Origin: an uncultured Chloroflexia bacterium
Lineage (GTDB): Bacteria; Chloroflexota; Limnocylindria; QHBO01
Length of the DNA: 64,000 nt
Direction: 5' to 3'
Assembly: GCA_963811145.1 (NCBI GenBank)
Contig: CAWEQC010000001.1
Coordinates: 104,144-168,143 of the forward strand
The notes under the pieces are model-generated. The model searched no databases, had not been told where the DNA came from, and worked only from the letters and a program-made list of their open reading frames with translations. A program made the translations under genes and the position numbers. This document shows, piece by piece, positions 1 through 10,149 of this stretch; the stretch's first letter is position 1; every line of letters begins with the position of its first letter.

Positions 1-742
1 CACCTCGGGACTGGGACGAGCCTCCGCCGAGGCGCTGGCCGCCGAGGGCTGCCGCCTCCTCATCTGGTCCCGCGACGAGGCGCGCCTGGCGACCGCAGCC
101 GGCGAGCTCCGCTCGGCGCACGGCGTCGAGGTCGCCCATGTCGCGGCGGATGCGGCCACGCCCGATGCCGCGGCGACCGTCGCGGCGGCCGCCGAGGCGT
201 TCGGGACAATCGACATCGTGGTGACCAATGCGGGTGGACCGCCGACGGTGGATCCAACCGCGACCGATGCCGCCGGATGGCAGCGCACGCTCCAGCTCCT
301 CGCCACGACGCCGATCGAGCTCACGACGCGGCTGCTGCCGGGCATGCGCGAGCGCGGCTGGGGCCGGGTCGTCTCCATCCTGTCGAGCGGCGTTCGCCAG
401 CCGATCCCCGACCTCGTCTACTCGAACGCCGGCCGGTCCGTGCTGGCCGCCTGGCTCAAGACCACGGCGCGGTCGATCGCCGGCGAGGGAGTGACCCTCA
501 ACGGCGTGCTGCCCGGCCGCCTCGCCACGCCGCGCATCCACGAGCTCGACTCGGCGCGGGCCGAGCGCGAGGGGACCTCGGAGGAGGCGGTGCGGGCCGC
601 TCACCTCGCCACCATTCCAGCCGGCCGCTACGGAAGGCCGGAGGAGCTCGGCGCGCTCGTGGCGTTCCTCGCCTCGGAACGCGCGTCCTACGTGACCGGG
701 CAGCTGGTCGCGGTCGACGGAGGGCTCATCGCCGGGTTGTGA
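1..742 (+). CDS. short-chain dehydrogenase/reductase (SDR), 5' end outside window
   Basis: Frame of ORF 218..742 stays open back to base 2 (TSGLGRASAEALAAEG...). Downstream YSNAGRS and GRYGRPEELGALVAFLAS..YVTGQLVAVDGG form a typical SDR C-terminus. Confidence 0.85.
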   Translation, partial: TSGLGRASAEALAAEGCRLLIWSRDEARLATAAGELRSAHGVEVAHVAADAATPDAAATVAAAAEAFGTIDIVVTNAGGPPTVDPTATDAAGWQRTLQLLATTPIELTTRLLPGMRERGWGRVVSILSSGVRQPIPDLVYSNAGRSVLAAWLKTTARSIAGEGVTLNGVLPGRLATPRIHELDSARAEREGTSEEAVRAAHLATIPAGRYGRPEELGALVAFLASERASYVTGQLVAVDGGLIAGL

Positions 743-748
743 GCGGCC

Positions 749-1177
749 TCAACCCACGCGGCGAGGCTCCTCCTCGATCCAGCCCACCTCGACGGCGCCG
801 GCCGCGGCGTCGGTGCTCGAGCCCGGGGCCGCGTCACGCGCGATCCATGACAGCAGCCGATCCGGCCCGACGGCGACGGCCAGGCAGAGCCCGATCATCG
901 CCAGCGGCACGAGGATCGCCTCGCCCGGCGCGCCCGGAATGAGCACGAGCCAGACGGATGCAGCGGCGTACGCCGCGAGGACGACCGACACGCCCGCAAC
1001 GAGACACACCGCCAGCGCCAGTGTTGGAACGGCAGTGAGCGGGAGCTGGCCCGATGCAAACGCGAACACGGCCGCGAACCCTCCGACGCCGGCGGTCAGG
1101 CCGAAGAGCGCACGCACCGCGGCTTCCGCGTCCTCGCCGTACGCGGTTCGCGGGTCGGCTGCCAGGGGCAGGCGCAT
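749..1177 (-). CDS. hypothetical integral membrane protein
   Basis: 142-aa ORF with 3-4 hydrophobic helices, high GC3, fills the gap between neighbours. No recognisable family. Confidence 0.5.
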   Translation of the reverse strand: MRLPLAADPRTAYGEDAEAAVRALFGLTAGVGGFAAVFAFASGQLPLTAVPTLALAVCLVAGVSVVLAAYAAASVWLVLIPGAPGEAILVPLAMIGLCLAVAVGPDRLLSWIARDAAPGSSTDAAAGAVEVGWIEEEPRRVG

Positions 1178-1260
1178 GATCGACCGAGTGTACGCCCGCG
1201 GTGCGATTGCGGCGTGTGGTGTAATCGGCGCTTCCTCGCAGATGACCGGAGCTGAAACCG

Positions 1261-2595
1261 ATGGCGATCGAGACCGAGCGCGGCAGCATGACCGGCGACG
1301 AGATGATCGCCCTCACCAAACGCCACACGCTGTACGAGTGGTCAGCACAGGGCAAGGTCGACCCGATCCCGGTCGCAGGAGCCAAGGGCTCCTACTTCTG
1401 GACCCCCGAGGGCAAGCGGTACCTGGACTTCAACAGCCAGCTGATGTGCGTGAACATCGGGCACGGGCACCCGAAGGTCATCGAGGCCATCGCTCGCCAG
1501 GCCGAGACCCTCGCCTACGCCAACCCGTTCATGGCCACCGAGCCACGCGCGCGACTGGCGGCGAAGCTGGCCGAGATCACGCCCGGCGACATCGACGTGT
1601 TCTTCTTCACCAACGGCGGCGCAGAGGCGAACGAGAACGCCATCAAGCTCGCGCGGTTCTACACCGGGCGCCACAAGATCATGGCCCGATACCGCTCGTA
1701 CCACGGCGGGACGGCCGGAGCGATCACCCTGACCGGTGACCCCCGCCGCTGGGCAGCCGAGCCCGGCATCCCCGGCGTCGTGCACGTGCTCGACCCGTAC
1801 CACGGCATCCAGCGCGGCTGGGACTCCGCCGATGACGCCCTCGCCAACCTCGAGGAGACGATCCAGCTCGAGGGGCCGAGCACCATCGCCGGCTTCATCC
1901 TCGAGACGGTGGTTGGGACCAACGGCGTGCTGGTGCCGCCGGATGGCTACCTGCAGGGCGTCCGCGAGCTCTGCGATCGGTACGGGATCCTGATGATCGC
2001 CGACGAGGTCATGGCGGGCTTCGGACGCACCGGCAAGTGGTTCGCGGTCGACCACTGGGGCGTGGTGCCCGATCTCATCACGATGGCCAAGGGCCTGACC
2101 AGCGCCTACGTCCAGCTGGGTGCCGTGGGCATGCGACGCGAGATCGCCGACAGCTTCAAGGATCGCGTCTTCTACGGCGGCCTCACCTACAACTCCCACC
2201 CGCTGGCATGCGCCACGGCGCTTGCGGCGATCGAGGTTCTCGAGGACGAGGGGCTCATCGAGCGGGCGGCGCGCATGGGCGAGCGCCTGAAGGTCCATCA
2301 CGAGCAGCTGGCGGCGAAGCACCCGAGCGTGGGCGCGACGCGCAGCATCGGCCTGTTCGGAGTGGTCGAACTGGTTCGCAACCGCGAGACGATGGAGCCG
2401 ATGGCCCCGTTCAACGGCACCTCCGACGAGATGGTCGCCCTTGGCAAGCGCTTCCGCGACGAGGGCCTCTACACGTTCACCCGCTGGAACTACTTCCACA
2501 CCAACCCGCCGCTGACAATCAGCGAGGAGGAGCTGGCCGAAGGCTTCGCGATCATCGATCGCGCCCTCGAGATCACCGATGCCGCCGTCGCCTGA
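1261..2595 (+). CDS. class-III (omega-amino acid:pyruvate type) PLP aminotransferase
   Basis: 444 aa. FFTNGGAEANENAIKLAR, DEVMAGFGRTGKWFA and MAKGLTS (PLP lysine region) are typical of the acetylornithine/GABA/omega-aminotransferase family. Confidence 0.9.
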   Translation: MAIETERGSMTGDEMIALTKRHTLYEWSAQGKVDPIPVAGAKGSYFWTPEGKRYLDFNSQLMCVNIGHGHPKVIEAIARQAETLAYANPFMATEPRARLAAKLAEITPGDIDVFFFTNGGAEANENAIKLARFYTGRHKIMARYRSYHGGTAGAITLTGDPRRWAAEPGIPGVVHVLDPYHGIQRGWDSADDALANLEETIQLEGPSTIAGFILETVVGTNGVLVPPDGYLQGVRELCDRYGILMIADEVMAGFGRTGKWFAVDHWGVVPDLITMAKGLTSAYVQLGAVGMRREIADSFKDRVFYGGLTYNSHPLACATALAAIEVLEDEGLIERAARMGERLKVHHEQLAAKHPSVGATRSIGLFGVVELVRNRETMEPMAPFNGTSDEMVALGKRFRDEGLYTFTRWNYFHTNPPLTISEEELAEGFAIIDRALEITDAAVA

Positions 2596-2613
2596 GCCGC
2601 AGGGCCCGGCGGC

Positions 2614-3543
2614 ATGACCGCCGCCGCGCCCGGACTCGCGCGGCCCAGGTTGGTGCGCCCCCGGGTGCGCGGGCTCGGTGGCGTCGCCCGATCGGTGGGT
2701 GCATTCGTGTTGGTGGTCGTTGCACTCGCGCTGGTGTGGGAGCTGGCCAAGGCGATCGGCGGCGTGCCGTGGCGCGACTTCCTGGGCTCGCCGATCGACC
2801 CCCCGTGGGACCCGCCGCTGCGGATCAAGCAGCTCAACGACCAGAACCTGCCGCACGTGTGGGACGTCGCCGCCGCGTTCTTCCAGCCCGCCACCCGCAA
2901 CAGTCCACATTCGCTCGGCGCGGTCCTCATCGATGCGGCCGTCTTCACGGGGCGGAGCGCACTCGCCGGGTTCGTCATCGGCGCCATCTTCGGCACGATC
3001 CTGGCGGTGGTCTTCGTCCACAGCCGCCTGCTCGAGCGGGCGCTGGTGCCGTACGTCATCGCCAGCCAGACCGTGCCGATCGTGGCGCTGGCGCCGATGG
3101 TCGTGCTCTGGATCGGCCGCGACTGGACGAGCGTCGCCCTCGTCAGCGCGTACCTGACCTTCTTCCCGGTCACGATCGCAGGCATCCGTGGCCTTGCCTC
3201 GCCCGATCCGCGAGCGCTGGAGCTGATGCGCAGCTACGCCGCCAGCGCGTGGCGGGTGCTCTGGAAGGTCCGCTTCCCCGCCGCGCTGCCGTACTTCTTC
3301 ACCGCCTTCAAGATCGCGGCCACGGCCAGCGTGGTCGGCGCCATCGTGGGCGAGGAGCCAACCGGCATCCGCGGAGGGCTCGGCCGAGCCATCCTGCAGT
3401 TCAACGAGCAGTACATCACCGGCCCGGAGAAGCTGTGGGCGACCGTCCTCGCCTCGGCTGCACTGGGGATCGTCTTCTTCGCCGCCGTCCGGCTCGCCGA
3501 GCTGCTCGTGCTGCGAAACCGACAGGCGGAGATCGAGGCATGA
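2614..3543 (+). CDS. ABC transporter permease (NitT/TauT-type, BPD_transp_1)
   Basis: 309 aa, 6 TM, conserved loop ELMRSYAASAWRVLWKVRFPAALPYFF. ATGA overlap with the downstream ATPase gene. Confidence 0.85.
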   Translation: MTAAAPGLARPRLVRPRVRGLGGVARSVGAFVLVVVALALVWELAKAIGGVPWRDFLGSPIDPPWDPPLRIKQLNDQNLPHVWDVAAAFFQPATRNSPHSLGAVLIDAAVFTGRSALAGFVIGAIFGTILAVVFVHSRLLERALVPYVIASQTVPIVALAPMVVLWIGRDWTSVALVSAYLTFFPVTIAGIRGLASPDPRALELMRSYAASAWRVLWKVRFPAALPYFFTAFKIAATASVVGAIVGEEPTGIRGGLGRAILQFNEQYITGPEKLWATVLASAALGIVFFAAVRLAELLVLRNRQAEIEA

Positions 3544-4378
3544 CCGATACCGCCGCGGCGATCGTCGATGTCCAGCACATCGACAAGCGATTCGAGGTGG
3601 CCGGATCCACCACCGTTGCGCTGCAGGGCATCGACCTGCGGATCGGCAACCGGCGAGTTCGTCTCCCTCATCGGTCCATCCGGGCTGCGGCAAGAGCACG
3701 CTCCTGCGGCTCATCGCCGACCTGACGTCGCCGTCCGCCGGCGAGATCACGATCAACGGCAAGCCGGCGCGCCGCGCCCGGATGGATCGCGACTACGGGA
3801 TGGTCTTCCAGGCACCGGTCCTCTTCGACTGGCGCACGATCGATGAGAACGTCCAGCTGCCGCTGGAGGTCATGGGGCTGCCGCGAGGCAAGCGGCAGGA
3901 GCGATCGGCGGAGATGCTCTCGCTCGTCGAGCTCGACGACTTTCGCCGCCATCACCCATGGCAGCTGTCGGGCGGCATGCAGCAGCGCGCGGCCATCGCC
4001 CGCGCACTGGCTTTCGAGCCGAAGCTCCTGCTGATGGATGAGCCGTTCGGCGCGCTCGACGAGATGACCCGCGAGCGAATGAACGACGAGCTGCTGCGCA
4101 TCTGGGAGCGAACCGGCACGACGGTCGTGTTCGTCACCCACTCGATCCCGGAGGCAGTCTTCCTGTCGAGCCGCGTAGTGGTCATGAGCGCCCGCCCCGG
4201 CCGGATCACCCACATGGTCGACATCGACCTGCCGCGCCCCCGCAACGAGGCGACGCGCGAGACTGAGCGCTACTTCACGCTCATCACCGAGGTCCGGGAG
4301 GCATTGCGTGCCGGCCACGAGCCGGGTCGGACCGCGGAGCCCATGCTGGAGACCGAGACGGCGGAGCCGGGATGGTGA
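3540..4378 (+). pseudogene. ABC transporter ATP-binding protein (NitT/TauT type) broken by two +1 frameshifts inside Walker A
   Basis: MTDTAAAIVDVQHIDKRFEV..LRIGN is in frame 0, GEFVSLIGPSG in frame +1 and CGKSTLLRLIADL...MVFQ in frame +2. Extra bases lie near 3651 and 3682-3684. The rest is intact: LSGGMQQR, LLLMDEPFGALD, VFVTHS. Confidence 0.8.
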
Positions 4379-5151
4379 CCGACCGACTCCGCCGCTATCT
4401 CCCGGCAATTGCCGTCTTCATTGGCGGCATCGCGCTGTGGGAGCTCATCGTGCGCGGCTTCGACATCGACCGCTTCCTGCTGCCACCGCCGACCGACATC
4501 ATCGGCACGCTCGTCGAGCAATGGCCGCGACTCAGCCAGGCAGGCATCAACACCCTCATCGAGGCCGTCGGCGGATTCGCGATCGGCCTGGCGGCGGGCA
4601 TCGTTGTCGCGCTGGCGACGGCCCGCTTCGTCTTCGCTCGCAGCGCCCTGATGCCGTTCGCCATCGCGGCGAACGCGGTGCCGATCGTCGCCTTCGCGCC
4701 GATCATGAACAACTGGTTCGGCGTCACCAGCCCGGTCTCCAAGATGATGATCGTCGCCGTTCTCGTCTTCTTCCCGGTGATGATCAACACCGTCCGCGGC
4801 CTGCTCAGCGCTGAGCCGGCGGCGCTCGAGATGATGCGCTCCTACGCGGCCAGCGAGGCCCAGACCTTCCTCAAGGTCCGCGTGCCGGCGGCCCTGCCGT
4901 TCTTCTTCACCGCCCTCAAGGTCGGCGCGACCCTGAGCCTGATCGGCGCCATCGTCGGTGAGTACTTCGGTGGGTCGAACCTCGTGCTCGGCCGCGTGAT
5001 CGTGGAGAGCGCCTCGTTCCTTCGATTCAGCGAGGCGTGGGCTGCCATCGTGATCGTCTCGGCGATGGGCATCGGCTTCTATCTCGTCATCCTCGGCATC
5101 GAACGATTGGTCATGCCGTGGCACGCATCGGTCCGCGCGAGCGCCCCCTAG
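4372..5151 (+). CDS. ABC transporter permease (second membrane subunit)
   Basis: 259 aa, paralogous loop EMMRSYAASEAQTFLKVRVPAALPFFFTALK. Overlaps the ATPase stop. Confidence 0.85.
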   Translation: MVTDRLRRYLPAIAVFIGGIALWELIVRGFDIDRFLLPPPTDIIGTLVEQWPRLSQAGINTLIEAVGGFAIGLAAGIVVALATARFVFARSALMPFAIAANAVPIVAFAPIMNNWFGVTSPVSKMMIVAVLVFFPVMINTVRGLLSAEPAALEMMRSYAASEAQTFLKVRVPAALPFFFTALKVGATLSLIGAIVGEYFGGSNLVLGRVIVESASFLRFSEAWAAIVIVSAMGIGFYLVILGIERLVMPWHASVRASAP

Positions 5152-5188
5152 AATGGCGCTTCTTGCGACCAGGCATACGGAGGAAGAA

Positions 5189-6394
5189 ATGAAGCACCCT
5201 TGGCGCGTCTCATCCCTGGTGACCATCGTCGCCCTGCTGCTGGCGGCGTGTGGAACGGGCGGGACCGATACCACTCCATCGGCGGAGGCCACGGCCAGCG
5301 AGCCTGCTGCCAGCGAGCCCGCCGCCACCGCCAGTGAGGCGACCGCCGCCGACGATTGCGGCGCCGAGGCGCTGGGCGGCACGATTCCGGTCGACTTCCA
5401 GCTCCAGTGGGTTCCGCAGGCACAGTTCGCCGGCTACTTCGCCGCCAAGGACCTGGGCTACTACGAGGACGCGGGCCTGGACGTCACGTTCCTCGACGGT
5501 GGCCCGACCATCGCGCCACAGCAAGTCGTCGCCGCAGCCGACGGACCCGAGTTCGGCGAGGGATGGGTCCCCAAGGTGCTGGTTGCACGCGAGGAGGGGG
5601 CTGACCTCGTGAACATCGCGCAGGTCTTCCAGCGCTCGGGAACACTCGAGGTCAGCTGGAAGGACTCCGGCATCACCGAGCCGGCCGACTGGGCGGGCAA
5701 GAAGGTCGGCGCCTGGGGCTTCGGGAACGAGTTCGAGGTGCTTGCCGCGGCACGGCAGGCGGGCCTCGCCGACACCGACTACGAGCGCGTGACCCAGGAC
5801 TTCAACATGGAGCTGCTGCTCAATCGGGAGATCGACGCCGCCGAGGCGATGACCTACAACGAGCTGGCGCAGCTGCTGGAGACCGAGAATCCGGAGACCG
5901 GCGAGCTGTACTCGCTCGATGACCTCAACATCATCGACTTCAACGAAGTCGGCTCCGCGATGCTGCAGGACCACATCATGGCCCGTGAGTCATGGTTGGC
6001 CAGTGACACCGACGGCACGCCCAACGAGGACATTGCCGTCTGCTTCCTGCGCGCTTCGTTCCAGGGCTGGATCCATTGCCGTGACAACCCCGACGAGTGC
6101 GTCGACATCGTCCTCGACCAGGGAACGATCCTCGGCGAGGGGCACCAGCATTGGATGATGAACGAGATCAACGCCCTGATCTGGCCGTCACCCGACGGGA
6201 TCGGAGTGCTTGATCCGGATCTCTGGCAGCAAACCGTGGACATCAGTCTCGAGTTCGACATCCTCACCGCGGAGCCGTCCGACGGTGCGTTCCGCACCGA
6301 CCTCGCGGAGGCGGCGCTGACGGGCATCGACGACGATGTGACCGGCGACGACTTCGAAAAGGACGACATCGAGGTGACGCCCGGAGGCGAATAG
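5189..6394 (+). CDS. ABC substrate-binding lipoprotein (NMT1/THI5-like)
   Basis: Start moved to ATG 5189 behind GGAGGA. Signal peptide MKHPWRVSSLVTIVALLLAAC has a lipobox, followed by a low-complexity linker. The periplasmic domain resembles the NitT/TauT SBP family. Confidence 0.8.
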   Translation: MKHPWRVSSLVTIVALLLAACGTGGTDTTPSAEATASEPAASEPAATASEATAADDCGAEALGGTIPVDFQLQWVPQAQFAGYFAAKDLGYYEDAGLDVTFLDGGPTIAPQQVVAAADGPEFGEGWVPKVLVAREEGADLVNIAQVFQRSGTLEVSWKDSGITEPADWAGKKVGAWGFGNEFEVLAAARQAGLADTDYERVTQDFNMELLLNREIDAAEAMTYNELAQLLETENPETGELYSLDDLNIIDFNEVGSAMLQDHIMARESWLASDTDGTPNEDIAVCFLRASFQGWIHCRDNPDECVDIVLDQGTILGEGHQHWMMNEINALIWPSPDGIGVLDPDLWQQTVDISLEFDILTAEPSDGAFRTDLAEAALTGIDDDVTGDDFEKDDIEVTPGGE

Positions 6395-6420
6395 ACCGAT
6401 CCGGTCCACCGCATGATCGC

Positions 6421-6450
6421 GGCCCCTCTCCGATCCGTCGGGGAGGGGCC
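6421..6450 (+). terminator. candidate terminator hairpin after the ABC importer operon
   Basis: GGCCCCTCTCC-gatccgtc-GGGGAGGGGCC, 11-bp stem with one mismatch, 27 nt after the SBP stop. No U-tract. Confidence 0.4.
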
Positions 6451-6524
6451 GTTCACGTGCCGCCCGGTATCATCGGGCTCATGCCGCCGACGACGCTCCG
6501 CGCCGCCGACTGCCGGTCGATGGA

Positions 6525-8189
6525 ATGACCGGCCTGGGGTTCACACTGCTCGTCGCCCTGGCGGCGGCGCTCGTGCTCGGCGCGCTGGCGCATCGGCTCA
6601 GGTTGCCGCCGATGCTCGGCTACATCGCGGCCGGCATGGCGGTCGGCCCGTTCACGCCCGGCTTCGTCGCCGACCGCGAGGAGGTGCTGGCGCTGGCCGA
6701 CATCGGCGTCGCGCTCCTCATGTTCAGCATCGGCCTCCAGTTCAGCCTTGGCGAGCTGCGGGCGGTCGGCGGACGCATCCTTGCCGGCGTCCCGGTCCAG
6801 GTGGCGCTCACGATGGCGATCGGCACCGCCACCGGACTGGCCCTGGGATGGGAGCTGATCGAGGCGCTGTTCATCGGCGGGGCGGTGTCGGTGGCATCGA
6901 CCGTCGTGCTGGTCAAGGTGGCCGGCGAGGCGACGCTGCACACCACGACCCACGGGAAGACCGCGCTCGGCGTGTCGATCGTCCAGGACCTGCTCACCGT
7001 GGTGCTTGTCGTCGCCCTTTCTGCGCTGGGCAGCCGCGCCGAGGAGTCGTGGGTCGCGCTGGTGGGTGCCGGCGTGGTGGCGATCGGTTTCGTGGCGTTC
7101 GTGATCGTCGCCGGCTCCCGGGTCCTTCCACCGCTCCTGGGATTCATCGCCGCGCTGCGTTCGCGAGAGCTGTTCGTGATCGCCGTGGCGGTGATCGCCA
7201 TCGGCACCGCCTTCGCGGCCGGGGCGCTCGGGGTGAGCGTGGCGCTCGGGGCATTCGTCGCCGGACTGGCGCTCGCCGACTCCGACCTGACGGCCAGCGT
7301 GCTTGGCGAGATCGTGCCGCTCCGCGAGCTGTTCAGCACGTTCTTCTTCGTGTCGGTCGGCATCCTCCTCCAGCCGACGGCCATCCTGGCCGCATGGCCG
7401 GTGGTGCTGGCCCTCCTGCTGATCATCACCTTCGGCAAGGCATTGCCGATCGCCGGCCTTGCGCTGCTCGACGGCAAATCGCCCTCGACAGCCCTTCGCG
7501 CCGGCGCGCTGATCGGCCAGAGCGGGGAGTTCAGCTTCGTGCTGGCCTCGGCGGGGCTCACGCTCGGCGCGGTCAGCCCTGACTCGTTCTCGCTGGCCAT
7601 GGGCGCCGTCGTCATCTCGATCCTCACCGCCGAGCCGCTCCACGCCGCCGCGCGCTGGATCGGTCCTCACCTGGACGCCGCCGTGCCGCGCGCGGCCCCG
7701 GCCGGCGACGAGCCGCTCAACGTCGGCCTGCGACGGCACGCCGTCATCCTCGGTTACGGGCGGGTCGGTCGGTCGGTGGCCCGGGTCCTGGATTCACGCG
7801 GCTTCGGCTGGGTGGCCATCGACAGCGACTACGGCGTCACCCGCGAGGCGCGCGCCGGCGGTGCGCCGGTCATCTACGGCGAGGCCGGCACGCCGTCGGT
7901 CCTCGATCAGGCCGCCGTGGCCGATGCGCACGCAATGGTGGTGTGCGTGCCCGATGCCCTCGCCTCGCGCCAGGCGGTCGTCTACGCGCGGGACCGGAAC
8001 CCGCGGATCGAGATCGTCGCGCGCGCCCACTCCGATGCCGAGGAGCACGATCTCCGCCGGCTCGGGGCGACGCGGGTGATCCTCGCCGAACGGGAGCTCG
8101 GCAACGAGATGATTCGGCACGCACTGCGCCGCTTCGGCGTCAGCGACCGGGAGGTCGCCGCCATCCTGGAGGCACGCCGCCGAGCGTAG
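6525..8189 (+). CDS. monovalent cation:proton antiporter with C-terminal TrkA-N domain (Kef/YbaL type)
   Basis: 554 aa. About 12 TM Na+/H+-exchanger-like region, then a Rossmann motif HAVILGYGRVGRSVARVL. Confidence 0.85.
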   Translation: MTGLGFTLLVALAAALVLGALAHRLRLPPMLGYIAAGMAVGPFTPGFVADREEVLALADIGVALLMFSIGLQFSLGELRAVGGRILAGVPVQVALTMAIGTATGLALGWELIEALFIGGAVSVASTVVLVKVAGEATLHTTTHGKTALGVSIVQDLLTVVLVVALSALGSRAEESWVALVGAGVVAIGFVAFVIVAGSRVLPPLLGFIAALRSRELFVIAVAVIAIGTAFAAGALGVSVALGAFVAGLALADSDLTASVLGEIVPLRELFSTFFFVSVGILLQPTAILAAWPVVLALLLIITFGKALPIAGLALLDGKSPSTALRAGALIGQSGEFSFVLASAGLTLGAVSPDSFSLAMGAVVISILTAEPLHAAARWIGPHLDAAVPRAAPAGDEPLNVGLRRHAVILGYGRVGRSVARVLDSRGFGWVAIDSDYGVTREARAGGAPVIYGEAGTPSVLDQAAVADAHAMVVCVPDALASRQAVVYARDRNPRIEIVARAHSDAEEHDLRRLGATRVILAERELGNEMIRHALRRFGVSDREVAAILEARRRA

Positions 8190-8204
8190 CCCGGCAGGCC
8201 GTGG

Positions 8205-8918
8205 TCAGGCGGCGGCCTGGGCCTCGTCGTCCGTGATGATCAGCCCGTCCCGCATTCGGACGATGCGGTCGCAGAACGAACCGACCTCGGCATCGTGGGT
8301 GACGAGCACGACCGTCTGCCCCCGCTCCCGGTTGAAGCGGCGCAGGAGCTCGAGGACTTCCTTCGAGTGGCCCGAGTCCAGGTTGCCGGTCGGCTCGTCG
8401 GCAAGCACGAGCGCGGGCTGGTTGACGAGGCTGCGAGCAATCGCAACCCGCTGCTGCTCGCCGCCCGAGAGCTCCATCGGCCGATGATCGGCTCGCTCGG
8501 CCAGCCCGACCCAATCGAGCGCCTCTCGCGCCGCCGTGGTGGCGCTGGAACGCGATGCCCCGGCGTACTCCTTGGCGAGCGCCACGTTCTCGAGCGCGGT
8601 CAAGGTCGGAACCAGGTTGAACGACTGGAACACGAAGCCCATCGTCTTCGCGCGCATCTGGGTGCGCTCCCGGTCGGACAGGTTGGCCACCGACTTGCCG
8701 TCGATGAGCACCTCCGGCGCCGGCCCGTTGTTGCGATCGGCGGAATGGAGCAGGCCGAGCAGGTGCATGAGGGTGCTCTTGCCGGAACCCGAGGGTCCCA
8801 TGATCGCGACCATCTCGCCGGCATCGATGCTGATGTCGACGCCGCGAAGCGCCTCCACCGTGTTGCGCCGTCCGAGACGGTAGGTCTTCCGCAGGTTGCG
8901 GCCTTCAAGAAGTGCCAT
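8205..8918 (-). CDS. ABC transporter ATP-binding protein (MacB/LolD family)
   Basis: GPSGSGKSTL, LSGGEQQRVAIARSL, LVLADEPTGNLD, VLVTHD. Confidence 0.9.
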   Translation of the reverse strand: MALLEGRNLRKTYRLGRRNTVEALRGVDISIDAGEMVAIMGPSGSGKSTLMHLLGLLHSADRNNGPAPEVLIDGKSVANLSDRERTQMRAKTMGFVFQSFNLVPTLTALENVALAKEYAGASRSSATTAAREALDWVGLAERADHRPMELSGGEQQRVAIARSLVNQPALVLADEPTGNLDSGHSKEVLELLRRFNRERGQTVVLVTHDAEVGSFCDRIVRMRDGLIITDDEAQAAA

Positions 8919-8931
8919 GGTTCGTTCGCTC

Positions 8932-10089
8932 CTACTCGTAGCGCAGCGCGGTGACCGGGTCGAGCCGGGCTGCGCTCCAGGCGGGGATCACCCCGGCGAG
9001 CATGCCGAGAATGGTGGAGAAGCCGACGGCGAAGATCGCCGTCTCGGGAGTCAGATCGAACAGCACGGTGCCGCCGGCACGTCCGGCCTCGTTGGCCAGC
9101 ACGACCACCAGCGCTCCCAGACCAAGGCCGATCAGGCCGCCGATCAATCCGATCAGGCCGGCCTCGGCGACCAGCGAGCGGATGATCCTGCCGCGTGAGC
9201 CGCCGATGGCGCGCTTGATGCCGATCTCCCTCGTGCGCTCGGCGACGCTCATGGCCATGGTGTTGATGACCGAGAGGCCACCAACCACCAGGCTGATGAT
9301 GGCGACGCCAATAATGATCGCGTTGAAGATGGCGGTGGATGCACCGATCTGCTCGTCGAACTCGGCTCCCGTCAGGGTCGCACTGTTGTCCACCGCGGTC
9401 TCGATGCCTGCGGCGACCTCATCGACGTCCGCCTCGGCATCGGGATAGACCACGATCTGGTTCACGAGCTCCTCGGGCGCGACCGCATCCGTGATCAGCG
9501 GTGGGAGCGTCTCGGCAAAGAGCTCCTGCGCGGCCGAGAGCGGCACGATGCCGGTGGTGTCGGGGGCTGTCAGCGTGGGTTGCAGGGTTCCGATCACGTC
9601 GAACGTGTGCCCGCGGATCTCGATCGTGTCGCCCGCCGCGACGTCGTACTCGCTGGCCAGGCCCGAACCCAGAACGACCAGGTTGCCCTCGTCCTCAGCG
9701 GTGAGCATCCGCCCGGTTGCGATCTGCAGCTGGAACTGCTCGTGCCCTTCGTCGGCTCCAGGAATCGCACCGATGACCATGTCCGGAATGCTGAACGAAA
9801 CGCTTGGCTCCAGGTCCCAGAGGAGCTGGATCTGCGCGTCGACGGCTGCGACGCCGTCGACCTCGCGGATCGCATCGGCCGAGTCAACGCTCATCGGTGC
9901 AACTCCGAACGTCGACCCGTCGGTGACGATGATCTTGTCGGCGAAGTATTGGCTACCGCCCTCGACGAGGGCGTTGATCTTGTTTGCCATCGAGCTGAAG
10001 ACGACGAGTGCCCAGATCCCGATCGTGATGCCCAGGATCGTGAGAGTCGTCCGCAGCTTTCGGCGCGAGAGCTCGCGCAGCAGGCGCAT
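8932..10089 (-). CDS. ABC transporter permease, FtsX/MacB type
   Basis: N-terminal TM, large extracytoplasmic domain, C-terminal FtsX bundle with ERTREIGIKRAIGGSRGRI. I prefer ATG 10089 (GAGGAA 4 nt upstream) over the TTG at 10101 used by the ORF track. Confidence 0.85.
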   Translation of the reverse strand: MRLLRELSRRKLRTTLTILGITIGIWALVVFSSMANKINALVEGGSQYFADKIIVTDGSTFGVAPMSVDSADAIREVDGVAAVDAQIQLLWDLEPSVSFSIPDMVIGAIPGADEGHEQFQLQIATGRMLTAEDEGNLVVLGSGLASEYDVAAGDTIEIRGHTFDVIGTLQPTLTAPDTTGIVPLSAAQELFAETLPPLITDAVAPEELVNQIVVYPDAEADVDEVAAGIETAVDNSATLTGAEFDEQIGASTAIFNAIIIGVAIISLVVGGLSVINTMAMSVAERTREIGIKRAIGGSRGRIIRSLVAEAGLIGLIGGLIGLGLGALVVVLANEAGRAGGTVLFDLTPETAIFAVGFSTILGMLAGVIPAWSAARLDPVTALRYE

Positions 10090-10149
10090 CGATTTCCTCA
10101 ATACATTGACGTGGTGCGGCCATCGTCGGCGGGGCGAGCCCTGGCGTCA

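Noticed and set aside
1342-3762. 806-aa minus-strand ORF. Similar very long ORFs: 30538..32502 (-), 36959..38932 (-), 20747..22882 (+), 6453..7739 (-), 11387..13102 (+), 50581..51912 (-).
   Set aside because: These are Arg/Gly/Asp/His-rich low-complexity translations lying antisense or out of frame to genes with clear family motifs. Stop-free alternative frames are expected at about 70% GC.
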